Shown: positions 26,621 to 42,254 of the stretch, in pieces
Layout of the letters: every line of letters begins with the position of its first letter
Numbering within the stretch: the first letter of the stretch is position 1
From: Piromyces finnis finn
Lineage: Eukaryota; Fungi; Neocallimastigomycota
NCBI GenBank assembly: GCA_002104945.1
Contig: MCFH01000100.1
Span: forward strand, 1 to 64,000
Direction: 5' to 3'
Length of the DNA: 64,000 bases
Translations under genes and position numbers: made by a program
The notes under the pieces: model-generated
Told to the model about the DNA's origin: nothing
Seen by the model: only the letters and a program-made list of their open reading frames with translations
Database searches by the model: none

Positions 26621-28059
26621 ACTAGCTATAAATTTATAAAGAACATTTAAAAATAAATAAATAGGTTTCTATTTTCTCGAAATACAAAATATAAATATAT
26701 TTTTTTATCTTTCCTTCTTATACTTTTCCTTCTAATTAATTTTAAATTTTAATTTAAAATGTGGATTATTTTTATTTTATTTTTATTTTTATATTTATTA
26801 AACTTTTTAAAAAATAACAAAGAAAACTTTTTAATTAAAAAATTGACCAATAAACATTCAAAATCAATAATTAAAAGATCTTTAAAAAAAGTTTACTTTT
26901 TACTAAAGCACTACTAAATGAATTGTTATCTTTTAATTATATAATGTTATTATTATTAAAGCTTTATAATATTTTAATATTGATAAATTGTATTTCTCTA
27001 TGAATATTTAATATATTTTATTAACTAATTAATTAAATTAACTAATACGAATACTTTTAATATTACTATTAATATATTAATATATTATATTGCTATTAAA
27101 AGTTTACTTTAAACTTAAAAGAAATGTTGAGTATTTTTATTATGCCATTTAAATAAAAATAAGATAGGATTATTAAATATTTTATAGGATATACCACCAA
27201 TACCATTTAAATTATAATATCTTAACTATATTAAATATTAATGTCAGAGTATATTAAAATAATATATAAATACTAATAAGATTTTTTAAAATAAAAAATA
27301 ATATATGAAATCTGGTTTAACTATAATAATACATTGTTTCAATTATTAAATCATGTTATTCATAGTTTAAATATTTATATGATTTGAAATACATCCTTTT
27401 CTTTTATTTAATTATAATAATAATTAGTAACCTTAATAAATAATTTAACTTTTAAAAGATAACACTATCTTATGATTTTTAATTTTTATACCCATATAAA
27501 ATTTATCTTCTCCTGTCTTAATTCATTTTTAAAACACACTTTTTGAATATTCGTTTAATCTAATTAATTATTAAATTTTAAAAAAAGGAAAATAAGAATT
27601 AAATATTAATATTTTTAATAATTATAAAATATTAATAAAAATAAATAAAAGTAAATTAAAGTTATATTATTAGTTCTATTATATACATATTCTTTTTAAA
27701 TTAAATAGGAACTTTTAATAATATGTTTTAACTCCTTTCTTTTAAGATTTAATAACAATTATTGTTGTTAATAATTAAGAATAATAACTTTAATAAAATA
27801 TAATTTTATATAGGATAGCAATTATAATAATGGTTTATAAAAGTATATATAAGAAGCATTTGTTTTCTTGATTAATCATTATTTTAAAATTGAATTTCAT
27901 TATTCAATCTTTATCTCAATATAGCAATCAAGGATTCAAAAAGTAGAGTTTAATAACATTTGTTAAAATATTAATAAAAATATTTCTGTAATATATTTAA
28001 AAATAAATTATTTAAAAAAAAAGAAATATAATTTTTCTGTCTACATTTTTCGAATCAAA

Positions 28060-28212
28060 ATGCCAAGCTCAATGTTAAATTCAGCTTTATTAAAATCTAC
28101 TGGTGCTGGTTCTGGAGCTATTACATATTCAAAACCAAGAAATAATATAACTAAAAATAAAGTTAAAAGTAACATTAATCCATATGTTACTTGTAGCTGT
28201 GTTGTTCAATAA
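28060..28212 (+). CDS. 50-aa CaaX peptide P3: MPSSMLNSALLKSTGAGSGAITYSKPRNNITKNKVKSNINPYVTCSCVVQ
   Basis: Hand translation, 153 nt, ends CVVQ-TAA. The last 15 aa are identical to P1/P2. Confidence 0.75.
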   Translation: MPSSMLNSALLKSTGAGSGAITYSKPRNNITKNKVKSNINPYVTCSCVVQ

Positions 28213-28897
28213 TGAACAAAAAATCTAATTATTAAGAAAATAATTCTACCACTTATTCATAATTTTAATTTTACAAATATATAAACAAATAAATAAAACA
28301 TTTTTTCACATTTTATTAATTACTATAATTTCATAATTTTAAATATATTTTGAAATACTCTCACATGTATATAAATTCTTTTTTTATAAATTTAAATAGT
28401 AATAAAAATTATATTTTAATAATAAAAATTTCATTTTAATAATAAAATAAAATTAAAAAGTTTTATTCAATAATTATAATAAATTTTGTGTTTTTCTTAT
28501 TATAAACGTATAAATATTTAAATTCTACTTATTAAAAAGTTATCTATTAGACAAACAAGCAAAATATTTAAAAGTATTTCTATTTCTTTTTATGTGTAAA
28601 GTTTAATAAAATTATTGAATTATTAAATGATAAAAAGTAAAGTTTGGCTTACAAAATTTTTTTAAACTTTATTTATTTAATGTAAATGTATACATTAATT
28701 GTATCAAAATGTATTGTAATAAATATATTAAAAGATAATAAAGTAGAAAAGAAATCTATAAAATATTATTATACAAACACTATATAAAAAATCAATTTTT
28801 AACTTTTTTTTATTCATTTTTATAATCTTAAATCCAATATTATATAATTTTAAATTTAATTATAATTTAAAATTATAAATTTGATAATATTGAATGC

Positions 28898-30093
28898 TTA
28901 GATTTTTTTCTTTAAAAAATTAAGCATTTCGATAATTTCATCTCGATGTTTTATTCTATCTTCAGGTTTAATCATTTTTAAATATTTAAGGCATTTCTTC
29001 ATTTTATTTTCTTTTATCATCTTTTTCACCTTACTTATAATGAATCTATAATCATGCTTATTTTTGCCTTTGGTTTGAATAAACTTGTAACCTTTATATC
29101 TGTTAAGTTATATTGATACCATTAAAATATTAAAAATATATTAGAATAAATATTATTAATTTAATAATTTTAATTTTATTAATAATCATATTTAATTAAT
29201 TATATTATTATAATTAAATATTAAAATACATAAATACATAATTGTATAAATATATGCATACACATAATGATGAATTATTATATGAATGTTCTGACGGTGA
29301 ATAAAAGCGTTCTTTACCTCATCATTTTGACATTTCCATAATTCTCCAAAATATCCATTTAAAATTTTATAATTATAATGAATTGCATTGTTTTGTTTAA
29401 AATAGTAGGTCAAGTATTTTTTAAAAATCATAAAACAATTTAATGGACGAGGTATTTTATTACCATATTTTCTTTTTTCATTGAAAATAAATGATGTGTA
29501 AATGGTTGATATTTTTTGTAAAATATCTTTATCTTTCAATAAAAACTCAACATCACAATCATTCAATTCTTCCATAAAATACAAAAGATATTCTTGATCC
29601 ATTGCTTTTGCTAATCTTAATATTTCAATTCTATTTGAAGCTTGTTGAATTAATTTTCTTACTTCATTTGAAAAGTCATCATTTTCATTAGATGGAATAT
29701 AATAATAATTATAATAATCAATTTTATTATTAAAAGCGTTTTTATAAACATCAATACTGATATTATTGATATTATTATTGATATTATTATTGATATTATT
29801 GTTGATATTATTATTGATATTATTGTTGATATTAATAATATTATTAACATTTTGATCATAATTCATAAAATCATTATTGATTACTTGATAATTAATATTT
29901 TGATTATAATTCAATTGATCGCAATTGACTAGATTGCTGATTTGGCCATTATTAATTTGACTAATATAGATTTGATTGCTATTAATATTATTTTTCTGAT
30001 TAATAATAGCTAGATAATTATTATAATTATTATAATTATAATTATTATTATTTTTTAATGTAAATTCATTATTGACTAAATTTTCATAATCAA

Positions 30094-30138
<45 letters not shown>

Positions 30139-30472
30139 GATTGATATTATTAATATCAATAATAGGAATACAATTCACTTGGTTATTATTATTATTTTGA
30201 TAATTATTCTTGTCATATATTGTTTTCATAGTGTTATTACCAAAATTACCAAAGAGGTAGTTAGTATTAAAAGGAGGAGAGACGATGTTTAGATGGGAAG
30301 TAACCTGAATATTCTTAATACTGTTTTGAGTAAAGTTCGTCAAGGTAGGATCTAACACATCAGAGAAATTACCACTTTGAAGATTTAAAATGGAATTATT
30401 AGAATTCTTTGCATTTAACATATCAAATTGTTGATAATTAATGTTATTAATATTATTAATATCGTAAAACAT
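28898..30472 (-). CDS. HMG-box transcription factor copy 2, join(complement 29262..30472, 28898..29099), 470 aa
   Basis: Same HMG box and the same 202-nt terminal exon as copy 1. GTATGC donor, CAG acceptor. Confidence 0.9.
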
Positions 30473-33400
30473 TTTTAATAATTTATAAAAAAAAAGTAAA
30501 AAAAAACTGTTATTTAATTGTTAATTTATTTTCTTTTTTTATTTTAAAAAAAAGTAAAGATAAAATAGAAAAACAAAAACAAAAAAAAAAAAAAAAAAAA
30601 AAACGAATTTTTATACTTTAATTTTTAACTTTTTTTGTGTCATCTATTTCTTTTAGAATAGTCCAATAATACAAAAATAAAGGTATACAAATTTCGAAAT
30701 AAATAAGATTTTAAACTATTTTTAACCTATTTAAACTTTTATTAATCAATTGTAGTTTATTTTGAAAATTAATTAATAGAAAATTTTTAAGCATTAAACT
30801 TTATTTCGGTTTAACTATATTACACAGTCGATTTTAACATTTTTAAAGCATTAGAGTTTAAATTTTAAAAACCTTTCTATTTTCAATTTTACAATATTTA
30901 ATTTTAGTTTTAAAGTAAAAAATCAATCAAATAATTAAAGTCCTTATTATGAGACATAGTATTTAAAATATAAAAAATAAAATTTAATAAGCTATTTTTA
31001 TTTTTTTTACTCATGGGATACCTAACTAATTCTTGCATCAAAATATTAAAACATCAATTTAAATATTGAATTGATAAAAAAAATATATAGATTTATAAAC
31101 ATTTTTTTATTTTGAATATATACTTTTAAATGGATGTTAATTTTATTCATTACCATTATTATTTTTTATGCATAATGCCTTTCTTATGATAAATTACATG
31201 CATTATCAATGCATTATTAATACATTATATTAAATACATTTTACCATATAACATTAATAGTCAAAAAATATTTTATAAATTTTTTAAAATAAGTTAAAAT
31301 GTATTATCCTTTAGAATTATGTAGAGTAATAATATAACATTAATAAAAATAAACTTTTAACTATATTTATTGTACAATATACAATACATTTATTGTATTT
31401 AATGTATATTATTAGAAGTTGTTAATTTAGGATTTATAATTATTTCAACCTTTATTAGAGTAATGTATGATAAATAAATACATTCTATTCTAATCAAACT
31501 ACATTCATTAATATATTTATATTGTGACTTAAATATATATTCCAATACAATAGGATTCAATACATTTTAATGCATTTTAATAAATATTATAATCAATAAG
31601 ACTATAATTAATATCAAATATTTATAATAATATTTTCATTATGGAAAATAATAGTACAAATTTCAAAATATTTTATATTTTTTGTTAACTATAAGAATAA
31701 ATAAATAAATAACTTCTATAATATAAAATTCCACAACACACTAACATAAGCATTCCTATAAAATATATAAGATATATAAAATTTTAATCCAATATTATTT
31801 TATTTAGTAAAGAGAAATAGTAGTTTTAAAAAAATAAAAGTTTCTATGTTTATTTTGTTTATTTAATAGATTATTAAAACATTTTTAAAATTACTTTCCT
31901 TTCATTTTTAAAATTAATTCAATTATATATAATGTAAAGTAATTATAGTTAAATGATTCATTTATTCATTTATACATACATTTCATAATATATTAAATTT
32001 TATATTAAATTTTTTGTTTAAAGGTTGAAAAGCCATTAATTTATTAATTATGAAAAACATCTATTATGAATTTTACTAGAATGTTTTTATACAGTTACCT
32101 TTACACCTTTACAATTTATTATGATTACTTTTCATAAATTAAAAGGTTCATTATAGTTATATAATTATTACTTTTATGGTATATTCATTTTAACCATAAA
32201 AATATACCACATTCAAAATAAAGAAATTATTATTATATAGTTATATTTCTTGTAATAACATAAAAATACAAAATAAAAAAAAAATTATTATATATAAAAA
32301 TATATTACTTCTATTAATGACTTAATAATATGAATATATATTTGAAATATTATTTTTTTTAAATTATATTTCAAATATTGTTTAAATAATATTATTTTTT
32401 TTAAATAAGAGTTCCTATTATTTATTAATATTTTTTTATTATATTTTTATATTATAGTAATGTTTCAAATTTTATTTTATATTTAAACGTATTATTGAAA
32501 TATTAAATAATAAAAAAATATTAATAAATAATTAATTTTTTTGACATTTTATTATATCACATTAATTAATTCGAGAACCAGACCGCCAGTATTAAAAGAT
32601 TAAATCTTAATTAATTATAAAAATAACATTATTATTATTACTTTAATTTTGACATGAAATTTGAATTTCTACATAATCTTAACTTTATTATAACCAATAC
32701 TTTTTTAAAAAACAAAATTTTTGGTAAAGAGTAAAACTATATTTTAATATATTAAAATATATATGTTATTTAATTTACTTTAAAAACTTTAATTTTATTT
32801 ATTTTTTATTATTTTTACAGTATATAGTGTATACTATACAGTGTATTAAAATAGGATGTATTATAATTAACCCTTTTAATATGATTTTTATATTTGATTT
32901 TTAATAAAGGTTATATAATAATATAATAATCTATTTAGTAATTTATTTACTATACTCGAGCTATTATATAATTATAAGAGAAATGTATTAAAATTCATTT
33001 ATATCATAACAGATAATTCTTTAGTTTATTAGAAGTTAAATGACCGTATTTTTTATGAAATTTATTAAAAAAATTTTATTATAATTTCTTTTCCCATTAT
33101 TAATACTTTTAAAAATAATAAAAAAACAATTAAATATTACAATTAAAAATATGTTATTTTTTTATTTCAAAATATATATTATATGGATTTAATTATATTT
33201 CTTTTTTCTTCGAAAAATGATATGATATTGTATGGAATGTTTCAGGTTCTTACTATTTTCCTATTATGAAATAAATACAAAAAAGGAAATTTCATCATAT
33301 TTTGGATATGATTTAAAAAAAAAATTTTGACGTTTTTTCTAACTGCATAATAATAATTAATAATATATATATAAACTATTAATATTTTATCTAATATAGT

Positions 33401-33717
33401 ATAATATTAATAAAAGACATAATATTACACTTTATGGCACTAAAACAATTAAAAATTATAATATAAAATAATAAAATATATATAACAGTATAATAAAATA
33501 ATTACAAATATAATAAAAAATAAGTAATAATTAAAAAAAGTCAGATTTGAAAAAAAAATATAAAAGGATTGAATTTTGATTTATTTTAAAACATTTATTC
33601 TTAATTTGTATTATTTATATAATTAAAAACATTCTTTATATTAAGATATATTAAATATATCAAAATACTTTAAAAAGAAACTCATTATACTTATATTCAA
33701 CATAAAAGAAAGTAACA

Positions 33718-34838
33718 ATGAATTCAAAAAAAAGTCTTTCGAATACCTCGAATAATTTTTTAGAATCACCTAATCCAATTTTTAAAAGAAATTCTACATT
33801 ATCAAATAAACTTCTTAGTGATATTATAACAAATGATAATACCGCTGTATCAAGTTTTCCTTTAAAGCTTCCGGAAATCAGTAAGAGAAAAAATGACTTA
33901 ATTCAAAATATAAGCCGAAATTCAAGGCAGAATAATAATTCAGTAAATATTATATTTTTATTTATTGTTTTATTTTTTATTTTATTTATTTATATAACAT
34001 ATTTTATATTATATTTAATTAAAAAAAGTATTAACATTTTTTAAATTTAATAATTATATATTTATATACTATTATAGTTATTTTCAAATTTATCTTCACA
34101 AGACTCTTTTTCAATTGAAAACACAAGTCCAATATTAAATAATGCATCTTCAATGCCAGTACCAATAATTGACCCCTCTTTTATTAGCTCATCATGTTTA
34201 TCATTTGAATTATTTTCATTTAATGATATTTTTACTTCTTTCTATTATTCCAACTCAATTATAGCCGAGTCTTGTTCTAATTTACCTACAAATCAAAATC
34301 AAAATATAAATCAAAATTTATGTAATTACAAAAGATCAGCTAAAAATACATATTCAAATACAATTTTAAAAGAAAAAAAACAAAAAAATAAATGTGGGAA
34401 CTCAAAGAATCGTAAGCGCACTAAGTTTTCCAATAGAGTGACCAATATATTAAAAGAATGGTTCTCAAACCATTCTTTCCCTTATCCCACTATTATTGAG
34501 AAGAAGCGTCTTTGTGAAGCTACAGGACTTACAATGGTAAGTTATTTATTATTATCAATATTATAATTATTTTATAAAATAAATATATATATTAACAATA
34601 TTTTCTTTTTATATTTTTTATTCATGCTACATAATACAACCTATAAATGAATTTATATATATATAATTAAATATTAAAAATCTGTTTTATCTTTAGGATC
34701 AGGTATAAATTTTAAATGATTTTAAATTACAAATTATAATAATGATATTTATTACAATTCTAATTTCTAATTATAAATTTTATTTTAATATTATAGCTTA
34801 ATATCTGGTTTATAAATGCTAGACACCGTTATACATAA
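33718..34838 (+). CDS. TALE-like homeodomain protein HD-B, join(33718..33942,34078..34536,34697..34702,34797..34838), 243 aa
   Basis: KEWFSNHSFPYPTIIEKKRLCEATGLTM|DQ|LNIWFINARHRYT*. Splice sites are homologous to HD-A. Confidence 0.88.
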
Positions 34839-35774
34839 TTCTATGTACTTTTATTTAAATATAGAAATAGAATATTAAAGATAATAGTTATTATTACTAT
34901 GCGTTATTATATTATTATTAAACTTTTCAATTACTTATTTATATATATTAGAATGGTAATATCATATACTTAAAAAATTAAATAATAAACAATATAATAG
35001 TAAAAATAATAAATATTTATATATATATATATTCTTTACAATGTAATTTTAATCAAAAATAAATATTATATAATAAAGTTATTATAGTTTACAAAATAAT
35101 TATAAATACTTTTGCTATTCATATTTGAGTGTCTTGTTTCTAAAATATATTTATTTAATAATTCATTCATCCATTTATTTATTTATTTATTCTTTTAATT
35201 TACAACGGCATTAAACTATTGCTTTTAAAATTATTTCTAATTGAAAAATAAAATTTTATAATTATATAATATGTGGTTTTTTAATATAGAAAAGAAATTA
35301 TTATATTTTTTTAGTGTATTAACTATTTTATACAACAGTGTGTATTATATATTACAATGATCCATTTAATGTTAAAGGAACATTATAGTGAAAACAAATA
35401 ATAATAATAATAATAAAAATAATAAATTACATTATTAATATATCAATAATACACATATACCTATATTAAGTGTACTTTGTTAAACATATTATTTTTGTAT
35501 TGAAAAGACTACTCTTTCAAAAATAATATTAATAAATGAATATTCCAGGAAAAGAAAAAGTTTTAATATTGGATTATAATCAATTATAATTCAATTTTAA
35601 CAACAATATAAGAATTTTATGATAGTAAAAGAAAAGAATTTATTTTCAAATAAATAAATAAAATTAAATATATATAAAAAATAACAATAAGTAGAAATAT
35701 ATTGTAAATATTATCGATTTTGTTTTATTAATATGAAAAATTATAAAAACTACTACTACTACTACTACTACTAC

Positions 35775-35908
<134 letters not shown>

Positions 35909-37567
35909 TTTGTCTTTTATATGATAAATTAATATTTATTTCTAATATTAAAATTATTATTTTTTATTGATAATATATAATGTAAGTAGATATTCCATTT
36001 TAGTTTTATACTGTATATTATTTGTATTACCCACCAATCCCTCTTGGGAAATAGGTAAATACTTTAAATATTGTCATTTTTATTTTGTTTTACATAATCA
36101 ATATATATCAAGCATTGTCTTTTTTATTTTGCTATAAAATAAATAGCTAAAAAGGAAATATTTATGTTTAATATAGAATATCACTTGATATAGTTTGATT
36201 TACTATAGAGTAATTATATAAAAAAAAAAAAGCAATATTATAGAAATACTTTAATATCTATCAATTTACGTATTTGTATTAATTTAATGTATTTGTATTA
36301 AATATTTATTAGTTTATAATCAAGCCACAAATTGTATATAAGGAAGAAAATTTTTCATGGCTATAATGTATCATATGAATTTAAATAATATTATTTGATT
36401 ATACTTCATTACTAGATGCTTAGATGTACCTTCCATTATTGATTTAAATTTATTTTACACCAAATATCAAAATTTTACTTGATAATTTGAAGATGTATAT
36501 AGAATAGAAAAAAGACATTTTATATTATTTTATATAGTGTATAATATAGAAATATCATAATGTAATTGTTTAATATATCATAATATAATATAATATAAAA
36601 TAATATTAAATAGAATAGAATAAAATACAAATGCTATTTTATATATATTCTATATAATTAATGAATTGCCATTATTTGATATAATATAATAATTAAAAAA
36701 ATATTATAATATATTATTTATTTTATTAAATAGATTTTTTTTTGTTTATTTACTTCATTAATAATTTTGATACATCAATTAAAAATTTGAAAAGCCATAT
36801 ATTTATAAACTCTGGAAAACAATTAAAATAATAAATTATACATAATTGTTTTTATACAGTCGCAATTTATAATGACCATAATTCATAAATAAAATATTAA
36901 AATTCCGTTGTAGTTATAATAAATAATTTTTATTCAATTTATTATAATCCTATTTATATTTTATTAAATTATAATAATATTTCAAAATTTTACTTTTATT
37001 TTAAAATATGTTATTGAAATAGTAATTAAATTGTTTAATAAAATAAAGATATTTATATATAATTAACCTTGTAATCTTGTATCCCATCACATTAATTAGG
37101 TCGAGAACCAGACTGCCGGTATTAAATAATTAAATTTTGATTATTTTGACATGAAATTTAAATTTTTATATAATATTAGTTAAATTAAAGCCAATATTTT
37201 TTAAAAAAACAAAAATCTTTGGTAAAACGTAAAACGATATATCAATATATCTTTTGAAGTTATTTAATTTAGTTTAAAACTTTAATTCTATTTGTTTTAT
37301 TTAATTTGTTTTTTTTACAGTATATAGTATATAAGAAATAGAACGTATTATTATTAAACTTTTTTATATATGATTTTTAATATTTTAATTTAATCAAGGT
37401 TATGTAATAATCTACTAAATGATTTATTTAATGTATTCGAATTATTAAAATTCATCCATTCGATTAATGTTGTTCAGTTAAATTTCTATATTATTTATTA
37501 TTTATTGTTAATGAAAAAATTTATAATAATTGCTATTTCGCAATTTCTATTACTACTACTACTACTA

Positions 37568-37666
<99 letters not shown>

Positions 37667-38153
37667 TGGATTGAAGCATATTTCATTTTTCTTTGAAATA
37701 TGTTATTATATAGAACGTTTTAAGTTCTTACCATTCTTCTCTTTAGCAATAAACACAAAAAAGGAAATTTCATTATTTGTACTTTTAATATAATTTAAAA
37801 AAAAATTTTTTTGACATTCTTTCTAATTACATATGATAATAATAATAAATAAAATACTATTATACCTTATATAGAGTATAATATTAATAAAAGACATGAC
37901 ATTATATTTTATAATTATATTTTATAATATTAAAATGATTAAAAATATAATAAATAAATATATATATTAATAAAAAAGAACGAAATTTAAAAAAAAAATA
38001 TAAAAGGAATGGATTTTGACTTTTTTAAAACATTTATTCTTAATTTGTATTATTTATATAATTAAAAACTTTCATTATAATAAAGTATATCAAATATCAA
38101 ACATATCAAAATACTTTAAACAATCTCAACAGAAAAAAAGGAAATAGTGAATA

Positions 38154-39656
38154 ATGTCTTCTGAAACTCCTAAATCATTTTGTGCTTCATCTCCTTTTCC
38201 ACTATCTTTTTCTGCTGTAAATAATAGAAAATATTTTATGGAAATTAGAAGTCCTCTTCCCTCCCAAAGTAATTCAATTAATCCATTTATTACAAAAGAA
38301 AGTTTTACCAATCCCTTTGATAATTTTTTAGATTCACCTACTTGTTCTCCAGTCTTTAAAAGAAACTCTATATTATTAAATGAACTTTTTAGTAATCCCG
38401 AAATAAATTATAATAATGAGATATCAAGTAGTCCTATAGTACTTCCCACAACTAGAATTAATGAAAATCTATTTAAGAAAAATGAAGAAAATCAGTTTAA
38501 ATATATATCCCCAAAAATGTTAGAAAATAATAAGAATTTAGAGAAGAAGAAAAATGGGAAATTCAAATCAATGACAGAATTTGATAAGCTATCAACTGAG
38601 AATAATAAAATAAGTAAACAATTTTTAAATAAAAAAGATAGCTTGGAAGGAAAAAAAAAGAGGAAGAAGAATGATTTAATTCATAATATAAACCAAAAAT
38701 CAAAGCAGTGCAATAACTCAGTTAATATTAATAAAATTAAAAAAAATGTAAAAATACATATTTTATTTATTAACATAATATATTTTACATTTTAGTTAAT
38801 TGGAAAAATACTAACATTCTTTAAATTTAATAATCATGCATGTATATACTGTTTTAGTCATTTTCTTTTATACCATCAAAAGACCCTTTTTTAATAAAAA
38901 ACTATAGTCCCATATTAAATAATGTACCTTCAACATCAGTACCATTAATTAACACGCCTTTACTTAGCTCACCATATTCATCATGTTCACCATTTTTGTT
39001 TGATAATGTTTCCTCAAGTTCCGATTCCATTGTCTCAGAGTTTTATTCTAATTTTCCTTTAAATCCAAATCCAAATCCAAATTCATATCCAAATCTAAAT
39101 TCAAATTCAAGTTCAAATTCAAATTCAAATTCAAATAGTTGTGAAAAATCAATCATTAGTGTAGATTCATTGTGTTCAAATTCTGTCTCAAACGTAGATA
39201 AACATAAAAGAAAATGTGGGAACTCAAAGGGTCGTAAGCGCCCAAATTATTCTCACAAAGTTACTAAAATATTGAAAGAATGGCTCTCAAATCATTCTTT
39301 CCCTTATCCTACCATTACTGAAAAGAATCGTCTTTGTGAAGCTACTGGTTTAACATTAGTAAGTTATTAATTAATATCAATATTAATTATTTTCATAAAA
39401 TATATTTATATTAACAATATTTCTTTTTATTATTTTTCACACTACACGTCTACACAATATAAATTATAAATGAATATATAAATATAATTAAATATTAAAA
39501 ATACTTTTTTTCAGATTCAGGTATATTTTAAATAATTTTAAATTATAAATTATAATAATAATACTTATTACACATTACTAATATTTTATTATAAATCCTA
39601 ATTTCATATTATAGCTCAATAACTGGTTCGTAAATGCCAGACGCCGTTATTCATAA
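38154..39656 (+). CDS. TALE-like homeodomain protein HD-C, join(38154..38720,38858..39358,39515..39520,39615..39656), 371 aa
   Basis: KEWLSNHSFPYPTITEKNRLCEATGLTL|IQ|LNNWFVNARRRYS*. Longer exon 1; the first donor is the weaker GTTAAT. Confidence 0.85.
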
Positions 39657-40549
39657 TTTAATGTACTCATATTTAAATATAGAAATAGAATATTAAAAAA
39701 TAATTACTATTATTACTAATATTATTATTATTATATACAACTAAATTTTTATAATTATTTCTAATTATAAATAATATAGATTTATAATTTATTATTTAGT
39801 TTATTAATTTATATTACAATATAACATTTTAATATTGATATTGATCCATTTAATATTTTATAAATAATATATTAAAATAAAAAAAAATTGTAAGAATCAT
39901 TCAAAGTTTTTATATTTTCTTTTTTTTAAAAGGAACATTATAGTGTAAAAAAAAATAAAAATAATAAATTGCAAATATTAATATTTACAATTCATTATAG
40001 AAATAGAAAAATATCGATTATACATATTTAATTATATTAAGTGTACTTGGTTAAATTTGGTATTTTTGTATTGAAAAGATTACTCTTCAAAAATAGTGAT
40101 AATATAATTTTATAAATTAAGAAATATAAATAAATATAATAGTAATAATATCAATAACAATAAAAACATTAATAATAATAATTAATCACCAATAACAAAA
40201 ATACAATATAAAATTTAAAATTTTTTTGTTAATATTTTACATAAACATTATTATTAATATATATATAATTTATTTAAATATTAAATAATAAAGCAAAGCT
40301 AATAATAAATATGAAGAAAATTCAAAAAAAAAAAAAAAAAATCACAAATATAACAGATAATGTAAAATATATTTAATAATTTAAAAATAAAGCTATATTA
40401 AATAGAAATAAAAAAATAGAAAGTTTTGTAAAGTTATTAAACTAAAGAAGTATAAATTGAAAAAGTAAGTTATTTTTAATAATTTCATTTTTTTGAGTAG
40501 AATAAGTAAACTAAATATAAAAAAAATATAAAGAGAGAAATATAACTTT

Positions 40550-42254
40550 TTTTAAAATGATTATTACTTGAATCTTAAATTCATTTGATGTATTTTCATT
40601 TTCAGCCATTATTATATTTTGGAAAAACTAATAATAATAAAAACTAAAGTATTCGAAAGAAAGAATGAACCTATAATTACTATTTTTGTTATTTTATTAA
40701 TAATAACAAAATAGATAGATTAATTAATATATAAGCAATTATTTTAATTATTATTATTTATTAAAAAACTATTTATAAATATTATCTAAATATTATAACT
40801 TAATTATAAGTTGTATTTACTGAAAACTATTAGTATAATAACATAACTTATTCCTTTTACTCTAACACAAGAAATTTCAGTATTAGCCCAACTATCTGAT
40901 GTAAATAATTGAACAATTAATAATATAGAATTAAATATATTGTCGAAATTTTCATCAGGAATTTTATTTTCAAAATTCATCTTACCAGAAAATAATTGAA
41001 ATCCAAATGTGGCAAATATTATAACAAAAATAATCCAAATAATAAATAAACATAATTGTTTCAGAAAAGAATCCTTAATAACAATAAATAAAAATTGAGA
41101 TTGTTTTGAGTATCTACTAATTCGTAAAACTCTCAAAGATCTTAAAATTCTAAAAACAAATAAACCATTATTAGATGTTATGATAAATTGAATAATTATT
41201 GATAGAATGGTATTCAATTCAGTGATGAAAACCCTACCAGAATTGCTATTGCTAGTAATAGAGTTACTCCTGATTGCCCTTGTGTCTGTCCATGTTGCCG
41301 ATAGGATGAACAATCTTTTTATCATTGGATTTTAGAATAACCTGCATTCTCTGAATACAGAACTTCTTCACTCAGCTTTCTTGACGATCTTTTTACCCTT
41401 TTTCACAATAAATACAATAATCAATTCATCACTTACTTACTCTCTGAAATGGAAGTAAGAAAAATAATTTATAATTCTATTTTTACGTTTCTTCTTGGTG
41501 GAACTTTAGCTTATGACTATAAATCGATAAGGCGGAACAAAGACATTTGAATGAACAGCTTTACAGTTCATTGGGGTCTCATATTCCATAGGTAGTGGGT
41601 CTCTCGGCTTTTCTTACTAAAAAAAAAACCCTATCATTAGTTCATTAGTAGCTCAATGAAACTACTTTTTGATAGGTTTAGTAAGACGTCTAACGTCATC
41701 AAGAGTGCCGACGTCGTGGAACCGAATTGCAGAGTTCATTGAACATTTATGCAATTTTAATAATTATTTTATTTTATTTTATATTTATATATATATATAT
41801 TATTATTTTTATTTATTATTTATTATATCAATATGTATTATCACCTAATATAATGTAATATCACAAATTAAATAAATACAAGAAGTGTATTTCTTTCCAA
41901 GTCTAAAAAAAAAAAACCTGATAGAATGGTAAATATACAATCAACAATGTTGTATCCATATTGCTTTACATTACCAATGGGATTTAACATGTTTAATTTA
42001 CATATCATTTCCACTATAAATATTACAACAAATACTTTTGATAAATTGTCAATAATTTTTTTATCCTTTTCTGTACTATCTTTATTAATACAACTGACAC
42101 TAATAGTATCAACCATTATAACTATCATCATAAATGTAATTTGAATAGAATGTAACAATAGTAGTTCTTTATCATAAATTATATTAATAAAAGTTGACAT
42201 AATTATAAAATCTAAATTAACAACTCTTAAAAAGAATCTTAGAAGTGGAATCAA
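40550..42254 (-). pseudogene. Fragment of one repeat (S1-S6) of a four-domain voltage-gated cation channel, disrupted by a LINE insertion
   Basis: S2-S3 (IFIVEMICKL..YNIVDCIF), S4 (FRILRSLRVLRISR), S5, pore (ENFDNIFNSILLIVQLFTSDSW) and a frameshifted S6. No 5' end. Confidence 0.8.
41213..41917 (+). mobile_element. 5'-truncated LINE-like insertion with poly-A tail and 13-bp target-site duplication
   Basis: TGATAGAATGGTA at 41200-41212 and 41918-41930, poly-A at 41905-41915, degenerate CVCPCCR*DEQSFYHWILE zinc knuckle. Confidence 0.85.
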
